From: Macrostomum lignano | Lineage: Eukaryota | Direction: 5' to 3' | Length of the DNA: 64,000 bases | Assembly: GCA_002269645.1 (NCBI GenBank) | Contig: NIVC01000349.1 | Location: forward strand, 434,001 to 498,000 | Shown: piece after piece, positions 1 through 11,500 of the stretch | Layout: each line of letters opens with the position of its first letter | Numbering within the stretch: position 1 is the first letter of the stretch | The notes under the pieces: generated by a model | What the model was told of the DNA's origin: nothing | What the model saw: the letters and a program-made list of their open reading frames with translations, nothing else | Databases searched by the model: none | Program-made: the position numbers and the translations under genes

Positions 1-135
1 CCGCAATAGAATTGGTAGAATTGGATATTCCAAACAAGCTAAATAGTAAAGTCCTAGCAACACTAATCGCTAATCAACATTGCGCACACATTATCACACA
101 CAGTTGATACTCAACCCCAGACCCAGTCAGCGCAC

Positions 136-3100
136 CTGCAGCACAGCTCGAGTCTGCATCTTGTAGTGCACCAGCGGCGCCAGCAGTCCGTAGGCGGTCA
201 CCACGGCCTGCAGCGCGTAGTTGGCGTCGTTCAGCCACATGGCCGCGTCCATGGCCAGCAGCATCGCCTCGCACTGGCGCAGCCGGTCGGCCTGGCCGAG
301 GAACGCCGGCCCAGCGTCGCAGAGCGAGTCACAGTAGAGCCGCTTCTCCACCGTGGCGATGTCAGTCCCGATCAGCAGGCACTCGATAAACAGGCGCAGT
401 TGAATCGGCGACGTCAGGCTCATGATTCGTCGATTGGCGCGCTGCCGATTCAGCCGGAACTCCGGCCGGCTGGTCAGAGCCAGCTCGTCCGAAGGCGGGA
501 TCGGCTTGGCAACGAAATGACGCCACAGGTGGGCCTCGCAGATTCGCTTGGAAGCCGCGTAGGCTCCGATGCGGTAGGCAGCCTGGGCCAGCAGGGCCCA
601 GCCGGTGATCAGCGGGCTCGGATGACTCGCCAGAATTGGACGAGTCGACGGTCCAACGCTGCTGCCAACGAGACGGCCCTCGGCGTCGTAGGCAGCTACG
701 GCGAACACGTACTTCTGGTTGGGCTGCAGTCCGTATACGCGGAACTGGCAGTTGAATGCCGGCACGGGAACGCCAGCGCCGCACAGTTGATCGTCGCAGA
801 GTCGCACCTTCACGTTGGAGCCGGTGACCGGACGGGCGAACACGCGGTACCAGGCCACGCCTCTAGCGTCGCCGGCCCAGCGCCCCGGCCTCAGTGTCAT
901 CTCCGTGTCCGTACGGCTCAGCAGAATCGGCGCCGGCGGCGCGTCTCCAGTGGTCTCGACCTCCTCGGTATCAGCGTCTCCGATTGCCACCGCGACGTTC
1001 TCGCGGTAGAGAGACTCCTCATCTGCCGCGTGCTTAGCCATCAGGCCGATGGCTTCGTCGATGAGCTCGACAGCTCTAGCGCTGGGCACCGGCGGGAAGG
1101 TGCTGCCCGCCCGGAGCTCCTCCAGACGAAGTGCGCTCTGGGCGCAGAGCAGAGCCCGGCTGAAGCCGTTTCGGTTTGCGCTCTGGTACAGCTGGTCAAA
1201 GCCCGGGTAGGGCGGCGGCTTGACGCCTCGCGGGTAGATCTTGCGCGCCTCAGCCTGGTCGTAGTCGATCTTCTCGAGCTCGGCGAGGCGTAGCGACACT
1301 CTGTGGTAGATGGACAGCAGCTCTACCTGCAGGTCCTTCACCGTGCTCCAGACGGCATTGGAGTCCGGCGGCAAATCCTCCGGTCGCTTCACGGACGCTC
1401 TGGTGAGCTCGAAGTCGGCGTCAGTTTGCGGCTCGAACAGGTGCGGGTTGACCTCCTGTGACCAGACCACGTCGCAGACGGAGCGACCGTCAGCCAGAAC
1501 GGTGGCCGAACGCGCGTCGCTGACGTTTCTCAGGCCAATCTCTAGGATCCGCTTGGCCGACTGCAGCTGCTCCTTCACCGGCTGCTTCAGCATGCTCATC
1601 GTCTCGACGCTGACCCGCTGGGCGACGCTATCCGTCGGGTCCATCGCTCCGGCTGAAGCGTCAAATGTGACTGAGGACACTTGCTGCTGCTGCTGCGGCA
1701 GTTGAGGCGAGGTTACAGCGTGACTCTCAACGATCAGAGCCAGTCGGAGCACTACTTCAGCGGCCATGGCGGCGTCAACGCTGGCCACGTTGAGCCAGGC
1801 GAGGCTGCGGTGCACCGTGGCCAGGATGTGGACCCACTTGTTTGGATTGTCCAGCTTGTGCAGACCGCCGCCTCCGTCAGAGCCAGTCTGGTGCTTCTGC
1901 AGGACCGCCTTGCACCGCTGCCACAGGTAGATGATTGCGTCAAGCAGGATATCGGTCTGGTAGGCCTCCGGTGGACAGTCGCCGTCGATGATGCCGACAA
2001 GAGCGTTAGTTAGGTTCAGCAGGTCGTCGGACTGTTCACTGACGCCGCCGCCACCAGGTTTGTCGGAATCGGCGTTGCCACCACCAGCCTGCTGCTTGTT
2101 GCTGTCATCCTTTGCAGCTTCATCTTTCGCGGTCTTCTTTGCCGCGTCTCCGCCGTCTCCTCCACCGCCGCCGCCCTGCTGACGCACCTGTTCCAGCGCC
2201 TGCTGCTGCATCCGCATCGCCTCCTTCAGCTGGCTGGCCTTCTTCTGCTTGAGATTGGCCGCGATCACCTTCATGGCCTGTAGCAGCTCCAGGGTGCGCG
2301 CCTCGGGTTCCAGCTGCTTGGCGTCCCACCCCGGCGGCGGCTCCTTCAGCACGGGCAGCAGAGAGCCGGACAGCCAGTCGAAGATCTCCCACTGTTCATA
2401 GTGAAAAGCCCACCTGGAAAAGGTGACGGCCGCTCGCAGAGTCACGCCGTCGGCGCCGCGAGTCGCCAAGCTCAGCTGAGTTGCTGCCGGATCCGCCACA
2501 ATTCCTGGCATCCCGCCAATGGCTCCGGTGGCAGCAGCCGCCGCCGCAGCCGCAGCTGCCGCCGCTGCCGCGGCCGCCGCTCCCATGGGTTTGCGCACCA
2601 CCCCGGTGCCGCCCATGAGGATCTCCTTGCCGGCCAGGAACAGCTCAATGAAGACGTCCAGAATCTCCGATTCGTTGTCGGGCGCCGCCGGACCGTGCTG
2701 AAACACTCGACGCTTGGGATCGGACGCGCACTCGAGCACGGCAAGGAACTGCGCGGCCGAGCCGTCAAACATGTCGGCTAGTAGCTTCTCTGTGCCGGTG
2801 CGCGGCCACGACTGATTGCCGATATCCCGGAAGTTGATGCGCTGCTTCGGCTTGAAGACGCCTTTTGGTCGGCGACGCGTCTCGACGGCGGTTCGTTTGA
2901 ACACCATCGTGGCCATCTGTAGAGTCAATGGTGAGATTATCGAATAATCACTCTACAATCAGCACCCAACCTCCTGACAGCGTCAGGACACCACACTAAG
3001 TGCCTTTCAGGACACCCCACTGAGTGCCTATCAGGAAAACACACTAAGTGTCAGTTTTAAAGGTTTAATAGAAATGAATGGTGAAATTTCTCCGACAAGA

Positions 3101-5010
3101 CAGCTCGTTAAAAAAGACAAAACTTACCTTAACAGTGGCCTCCCGAAATGTGAGCTCCACTTTTTCGCTGACCTTCTCAGAACTGCGTTTCTCCAACTCA
3201 CTCAGGTCGTTAATCTTTGCTAGGGCTCGTCTGGCGAAGGCCTGCATAGGAGTTTGGGTTGAGTGTGTCTCAAAAACGAACTGGTACTGTCTTAGTGGTG
3301 TGCTTTAGAGAAGGAAGATCATATAAGTCACCTCAGCGTCAACGCCTCTGTTGCAGTCGTAGAAGCACTGGCACACAGCAGTGTAAACTGTGGCCCTCCA
3401 GCTGAGGTATTTGGCCGTCATGAGCGGGATGCTCACTTCTAGAGCGGCTGAGCACCACACCAGGAATTCGAGCACATGCTCGGAGAAACCCAACGACATG
3501 AGTTGCCTCGAGATGGAGTAGATGTGGATTGTGCCTGCAAGTATACATCGGAATGATTTCAGAAATTTATGTCTTAGAATTGAAAACTACATGTACTTGG
3601 AAAAGAAACGTACCATTATAGATAAGCCAACAGAGTCGTTCACTTTTGAGCACAACCTGAGTGATGAGGCGTAGGAATTTGAGCAGATCGATGCAGCGTC
3701 CTAACGACTCTTGATTCTGAAGTCGGGCATCCGCGATGAGAACCATACGGTAGGTGCAGATCACTTTGCCCATGAGTGCGCGGAACTGTCAAAGCGGAGC
3801 ATTTAAAGTGTGCATCAGATTTGCGACTTTATCTTGTGAAATATATGAGAATTTGCTGTGTCTAAATGAGAAGAGTTAAAAGCATTAGTGTCAGAATCCA
3901 TGACTAGGGATTAAAATCTTTATGACCACTTGTGCTGTGTATTCTACTCCTCTGATCTATATTACCTGTGCAGTCTACTCTTTGTGACTTGTGCATTAGT
4001 TCATGGCTCGTATTCTCTATGAACTTTGAGATCTACTCTGTATTATTTGTGCAATCTACTCTGTATTACCTGTGCAATCTACTCTGTATTACCTGTGCAA
4101 TCTACTCTGTATTACCTGTGCAATCTACTCTGTACTACCTGTGCAATCTACTCTGTATTACCTGTGCAATCTACTCTGTATTACCTGTGCAATCTACTCT
4201 GTATTACCTGTGCAACCTACTCTGTATTACCTGTGCAATCTACTCTGTATTACCTGTGCAATCAACTCTGTATTACCTGTGCAACCTACTCCGTATTACC
4301 TGTGCAAACTACTCTGTATTACCTGTGCAATCTACTCACTATGACCTGCATTGTCTATAGTCTTTTCGCACGACGCGCTATGATAACTTGTGCATATCCG
4401 GTAATGATTGAATGCAAGATCAAACGATGACAAGTAAAATTGAAACTATGAAAAAATGCATCGCAGCAGAAGCTTACCGTGAGTCCAGCATTCTCAGCTC
4501 CCAGTCCGCTGGGGAAAAAGGCCGCTTTGAATTGCTCAATGCTCTGGTCAGGCTGCAGTACCTGGTCACCGCAGGCTCTCAGATATCGATCATAGCAGTT
4601 CCACAGTGCCAGCTGGTACTGACCGCATGATGAGAGAAAGTCGCCCATTTCCACCAGCTGCTCGGTAAACATAAGTGGTGGTAGCAGTGGGTTGTACTTG
4701 TTGAACAGGTCGAATAACATGTTACCACTGTAGTGTAGAAGTTTGTGGTGGGTATAAAAATTAGATATATAGTGACATGGGGCAATGTTGCAAGTTAGAA
4801 GAGTAATAATATTCAGTCAAAACAAACTTACCATTTAGTCTGCTCGGCATCTTTCTTTGCATTCTTTATCACGAATTTTTTCACCTCATTAACTTCTTTG
4901 TTGAATGAAACGAAAACTGGATTTTTTGAATCCTCATAAAATGTGGCATAGTATGAAGATGGGTGAAGTGTTGAAACTTCGTGAAATATTTTTGCTTTAG
5001 ACGATGCCAT
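136..5010 (-). CDS. CFAP54: Cilia- and flagella-associated protein 54, 5' part (6 exons; gene continues beyond window start)
   Basis: Exons 5010-4832, 4727-4478, 3785-3614, 3534-3332, 3241-3128 and 2916-136 have GT-AG boundaries and consistent phases (2,0,1,0,0,0). The translation matches my recollection of vertebrate CFAP54 blocks: LCWLIYNGT, YLSWRATVYTAVCQCFYDC, EAFARRALAKI, FREATVKMATMVFKR, WPRTGTEKLL, PPAPILLSRT, KYVFAVAAYD, YALQAV...YGLLAP. Confidence 0.92.
3940..4345. repeat. 23-bp minisatellite in CFAP54 intron 2
   Basis: Unit CTACTCTGTATTACCTGTGCAAT. Confidence 0.95.
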
Positions 5011-5513
5011 TTTCGATCAGCATCAAAGCTTGCTTTATATAACAGATGGACACAGTTCAGTCCACTCAGTCAAAATTAAAGTTGATTTTCTGAAAATGCT
5101 GTTGGAAAAATCTAAGTCAAATTAAATTGGCATGCCGACAGAAAAGTGCAAGCTTTGCAAATAATTAATATTTTTTATTGTTTATCTATAGTTTTTTTGC
5201 TGCAAAAACAAACAATTTATCTAAGTTAACCTAGGCTTCTAAAACAAGCAAGAAACTTTTGTTATACTTTGTAACTGACAACTTAAATTTTGGTTTTCGA
5301 AGAACGTTAAGACTTGTTAAAGATAAAATGAAATTATCAAATTATATTTTACTTTTTCCTTTCAACCAATATAGATAGGTAGTTGTTTCTATATCAGACT
5401 TTTTGGTGTCACTAAAATATTTTGTCAAAAATACACAGACAAATGTGTTAAAATATTAAAACACAGAGTCGGAAACTCCTGCTAGCAGTTGCGATTTTGG
5501 CCAACAGACGGAA
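5011..5513. promoter_or_regulatory. Shared divergent (bidirectional) promoter region of CFAP54 and ATP13A1
   Basis: ATG of CFAP54 at 5010 (minus) and ATG of ATP13A1 at 5514 (plus) are 503 bp apart. No individual element was identified. Confidence 0.6.
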
Positions 5514-8500
5514 ATGGGAGAGTCTTCGGCAATTTTCCCTAAATCTGAGGGGTCTGGAATTGCTTATGTTTCGTTGTTGCGATCTCACCAAGTTGTTTTC
5601 CATGGATATGTTTTTCCATTTGCAGTCATGTACTTGCTTGCGATGCTAAATCTTGCATTCTTTCGTATTTATGGTTCTATTGAGCTAGGATTTATATTAA
5701 TTGCCCTCATAGCAATTCTTAACATTCTCGTTTGCTTGTCCTGCTATTGGTCTGTTCACATCAAAGCGCTTCTTTGCTTTTCAAAAGTAACTGTAAGTTC
5801 TTAATTATTCTTAGTTTTGTTTATAAAAATCTCATTAACTTTGTCTTTGAAAATATAAAATATGTATGAAATGATTATGAAAGATTTGGCAATGGCATGC
5901 TAAGTCATGACTTTTTGCTACGTGTGCCAAAATTGTAAAATTAGATTTCAATATATTCCAATTGTTATTTTTAAGAATGATATTTTAGTAAGATTCAAGG
6001 AATCAAGCAGCTAAGCTAAACTAGTTATGCTATTTTATATTTTTGATCAAAATAAATAGGTTTCTATTAACAGTAAGTAATGTTTTCTATTTCAAATATT
6101 TAAAAAAAATAAATTACAAATCATAATTTGTATCTAATTTAATGTTTATATATTTTTAATAATTTTTTTTTCATTTAGTGATTATTATTCTATAATGATT
6201 TCAACTTAGGCCTACTAAGATCTATATATAATAAATCTATATTTCATCTTTTTATTTCATAATATCATATTTACAATTAAAATAAAGAGCAAATCATTTT
6301 ATTACCTAATTCTAAAATTGATATATTCTAGCCTATGCTTTGTTGATAGGTTCAAAATCTATTTTTAACATATAAATTTTTATTTTTTAAATTTTTATTA
6401 TCTAGAAATATAGGAATATCTCTAAATACATATATATGATGTTTTTATAACTATTAGCAAATTCTAGTGTCTTTATAGTTTAATATTCTTTAAAGATATT
6501 TAAATTGATAATAAAATTCCAAAGGTTTTAGAAGTATATAGATTTTAAGTTTAAAAACTAAGTTTTTATTTAAAAAATTATATGCTTAATGCATAGATTA
6601 ATTATAGAATATAAACCAATAAGCTTGTAATAGGATATTTTGTGTTTTTTAAAGGAATTTTGATCATTTAAATTGATAAAAATGTTTTTTAATAATTTAT
6701 TTAAATTCTTATTTAAAAATAAGAAAAATTGCAATTTTATCTACATTTATTTGTTAAGCAAAAATTTTGTCAAGCAAACATTTTCTGTCAAGTTCATTCT
6801 GAATCTGTTCATCTCAAACTATTTTTTAGAGTCTCCAATCTGCCGATGTCATTAAAGTGGTTCCAATTGCCAACAATGGTAGCCCAGAAATTGTTAAACT
6901 GGAGAAGCAAGTAAGCAGTGAAACTTTAAAAAATGAATAACATCTTGATAGGAGTCAAATCTAGTGAGACAAAGGTTAAAATAATAAAATATATACCTTT
7001 TTAGACTGTTGATAAAGGCTCCACACCATACTATTGGTTCCTCTTTCAAAAAGAGAAATTCTTTTTGACAAAGGACAGCGTCCAGCCGTTGCAGTTCCCT
7101 GTTGACAAAGACCTGTCTCACTACCTTAGCTCCAAAGGCATGGAGACTGAATCAGAATTGCAACAAGCTGTTCACCAGTTTGGCACCAACAATATGGAAA
7201 TGGTGCCTCCGAAATTTAGCGAGCTGTTTATTGAAAGGGCCACTGCTCCATTCTTTGTCTTCCAGGTTTGTTCTTTGTCCTTGCGTTTTGTTTTTATAAG
7301 TATTCATTCAGTCTTTATTAGATCTACTTATCCCTTAGATCTACTCTCCCTTCAATCTCCCCCGAGATCTCCCTTCAACCTCACCTTTAATCTCCTCTTA
7401 GAACCCTCCCTCCAATTTTCCCTTAGATCTCTGTCTTCCATCCATCCCCCGATAGATCTCTCCCTTCCACTCCCTAAGATCTCTCCCTTCAATCTCCCCT
7501 TAGATTTCTCCCTTCAATCTCCCCTTAGATTTCTCCCTTCAATCTCCCCTTAGATATCTTCCTTCCACTCCCTTAGATCTCTCCCTCCAATCTCCCCTTG
7601 GATCTCTCCCTTCAATCTCCCCTTAGATATCTTTCTTCCACTCCCTTAGATCTCTCCCTCCAATCTCCCCTTGGATCTCTCCCTTAAATCTCCCCTTAGA
7701 TCTCTCCCTTAAATCTCCCCTTAGATCTCTCCCTTCCATCTCCCCTTAGATATCTTCCTTCCACTCCCTTAGATCTCTCCCTCCAATCTCCCCTTAGATC
7801 TCTCCCTTCAATCTCTCTGAGATCTCTCTCTCTCTCTTTAATCTGCCCTGAGATCTCCCTCTTCCATCTTTCTCTGAGAGCTCTTTTAACCATAATCAAG
7901 TTTTCCTGATTAAAGCAATAAATAACCCAACTCGCTAATAAATGCAGGTATTCTGCGTTGGTTTGTGGTGCCTCGATGACTACTGGTACTACAGCCTGTT
8001 CACCCTGGGCATGCTGGTGGTATTCGAGTGCACCCTAGTGCAACAGCAGCTACGCAACATGGCAGAGATTAGGCAGATGGGGAACAAGCCCTATCCCATC
8101 TACACTCTGAGAAACAAGAAATGGAACCTGTTGGACTCCAGTCAGCTGGTACCCGGGGATCTGGTCAGTTTAGGCCGATCAGAAAAGGAACGATTGATCC
8201 CGTGCGATCTGTTGCTGCTGAGAGGCCAGTGCATTGTTGACGAGTCAATGCTGACTGGAGAGTCTGTGCCAGTTACTAAGGAACCAGCTGAGAGTATCCT
8301 GGATGACAGGTCGCTGTGTCTGGACACTGATGCGAAGCATCACGTTCTGAGCGGTGGTACAAAAGTTGTGCAGCATACTCCGCCTCAGAAGGTTTGCTTA
8401 ATTATTTATTCATGTAGCTGTCTGTCTTTAGGGGGTCGATTTTAAACTTAAACGGTTTAGGAGGCAGTTTAGGCCTTAGGGGTGATTTTAGGGTAGCTTA

Positions 8501-11500
8501 GAAGGGCAATTTTAGGTTAGTTTAAGGTGACAATTTAGGTTAGTTTAGGAGCGAAATTTAGGGTAGTTAACAGAGGAATTTAGGGGGCAGTTTAAGGGGG
8601 GGGGGACAATTTGAGGGTAGTTTAGGGGTGAGCTTAGGGTAGTTTAGAGGGGCCATTTTTGTTTAGTTTAGGGGTGATTTAAGGGTAGTTTGGTGGGGGG
8701 CGATTTTATGGTAGTTTAGAAAGGAAATTTAAAGTAGTTTAGAGGAAATGTAGGCTAGTTTAGGAGGACAATTTAGGGTAATATTTAGGTGCAAGTTTAA
8801 GTTAGTTTAGGATGGCAATTCATATTAGTTTAGTTAGTACCATTCGGATTTGCTCAGCGCTTTGTCAAAAATTGCCACAGGTGGGCGCCGGCACCAAAAG
8901 CCCGGACAATGGTTGTATCTGCTACGTGTTGCGCAATGGATTTCAAACATCTCAGGGCCGCCTACTAAAAACTATACTGTTTGGAGTGAAGCGGGTGACG
9001 GCTAATAACTTGGAGACTTTTCTGTTCATCTCGTTTCTGCTGGTGTTCGCTTTGGCCGCTTCAGCCTATGTGTGGCTTGAGGTTGGTTTGCTTTTTTACA
9101 TCCGTTTGATATTGTCTGCTAGACTGCCTGAGCACTCGCTCCTAAACCCTGCACCCAATCTGAAGAATCGCCCCTGAACCCCACCTGAACAATCGCCCCT
9201 AAACCCCATCTGACCAATCGCCCCTGAACCCAACCTGAACAATCGCCCCTGAACCCAACCTGAACAATCGCCCCTGAAACCCACCTAAAGAATCGCCCCG
9301 GATCCCAACCTGAACAATCGCCCCTGAACCCAACCTGAACAATCGCCCCTGAACCCAACCTGAACAATCGCCCCTGAACCCAACCTGAACAATCGCCCCT
9401 GAACCCAACCTGAACAATCGCCCCTGAACCCAACCTGAACAATCGCCCCTGAACCCAACCTGAACAATCGCCCCTGAACCCAACCTGAACAATCGCCCCT
9501 GAACCCAACCTGAACAATCGCCCCTGAACCCAACCTGAACAATCGCCCCTGAACCCAACCTGAAGAATCGCTCCTGAACCCAACCTGAACAATCGCTCCT
9601 GAACCCAACCTGAAGAATCGCTCCTGAAACCAACCTGAAGAATCGCTCCTGAACCCAACCTGAACAATCGCCCCTGAACCCAACCTGAAGAATCGCTCCT
9701 GAACCCAACCTGAAGAATCGCTCCTGAACCCAACCTGAACAATCGCCCCTGAACCCAACCTGAAGAATCGCTCCTGAACCCAACCTGAAGAATCGCCCCG
9801 CACTCAAGCTGCACGATTGAATCCGCAATCCGCAGGGCACCAAGGACCCGAAGCGCAGCAGGTACAAGCTCTTCCTGGAGTGCACCCTCATCATCACCTC
9901 GGTCGTGCCACCGGAACTGCCCATTGAACTGTCCCTGGCAGTCCAGAACTCTCTAGTGGCCCTGCACCGCCTGTTTATCTACTGCACGGAACCGTTCCGT
10001 ATACCATTTGCCGGCAAAGTGGACATCTGCTGTTTCGACAAGACTGGAACCCTGACTAGGGACGAGATGATGGTTGACGGTGTAGCTGGCCTGGACTCTG
10101 ATAATCCTAACGAGATTCAGACAGTACAGAACTGCGGACAAGCGACTGTTCAGGTTTGTACTTTTGTGCTATACAAGTGTACGCATGTCCCAATGTACGT
10201 ATTCTCTGTGTACACGTGTTCCAATGAAGGCATGGCCCAATTTACACATGTCCCACTGTACACATTTCAATGTACAATTTTTGGACAAACCTCTTACATG
10301 CTCGTATCTCAATGTACACATATCCTAACTCCTAATGTACAAATGTCCTACTGTATATATGTACCAATGTACACATGTCCAAATGTACACATGTCCCAAT
10401 GTACACATGTCCCAATGTACTTATGTCCAAATGTACACATGTCCCAATGTACACATGTCCCAATGTACACATGTCCCAATGTACACATGTCCCAATGTAC
10501 ACATGCCCCAATTTACACATGTCCCACTGTACACATCTCAATGTAGAATTTTTGGACAACCCTCGTTCATTCTCGTATCTCAATGTGCACATGTCCAAAT
10601 GTACACAAGTACCAATGTACATATGTCTCAATGTACACAAGTCCTAATGTACAAATGTACTAATGTACACAAGTCCTAATGTACAAATGTACTAATGTAC
10701 ACATGTCCTAATGTACAAATGTACTAATGTACACATGTCCTAATGTACAAATGTACTAATGTACACATGTCCTAATGTACACATGTCCTAATGTACATAT
10801 GTACTAATGTACACATGCCGCCTCCTTCATCGCCACCGCTCCTACAGGTGATGGCCGCCTGTCACTCGCTGGTAATCATGGATAAAACCAACGATTTACT
10901 TGGCGACCCACTGGAGAAGGCGATCCTCAAAGCCACTGGCTGGACCCTGACCAAAGGCGAAGCCGTAATCCCACCAAGTGCTAGTCGAGCCCAGCACCAT
11001 CCCTTGAAGGTGTTCGTCAGATTTCACTTTTCCAGCAGTCTGCAACGCATGGCAACTGTTGCCGGGCACACTCCACTGGGCAGCACCGACACGCACTACA
11101 TGGTCTGTGCCAAAGGCGCTCCGGAGCGACTCAAAGAGATGCTGATTGACCCGCCTCCGTTTTACGATAAAGTCTCCAATCAGTTGGCTAAGGACGGCTT
11201 CAGAGTACTGGCTTTGGCTTACCGGCAGCTGGGGACTCTGAACCATCAGGATGTGAGCGGCTTTATGAGACTTGATAGAGCGTTTTAGGGTCTGGGATTT
11301 CTTATATATGGGGATTTTTCAGTCTAGGAGTTCATAAATTATGGGAATTTTTCATAGTCTGGGATTTCATAAATTATGGGGATTTTTCGTAGTCTGGGAT
11401 TTCATAAATTATAAGGATTTTTCATAGTCTGGGATTTCATAAATTATGGGGATTTTTCATAGTCTGAGACTTCATAAATTATGGGGATTTTTCATAGTCT

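Noticed and set aside
166-2781. Multiple overlapping plus- and minus-strand ORFs within the CFAP54 exon
   Set aside because: Shadow ORFs expected from GC-rich codon usage; no recognisable motifs. The same applies to shadow ORFs over the ENaC, MULE and lectin exons.
7040-7070. Apparent frameshift in ATP13A1 exon 3
   Set aside because: Recounting the A run gives CAA AAA GAG AAA TTC (QKEKF), which is in frame from 7005 to 7265.
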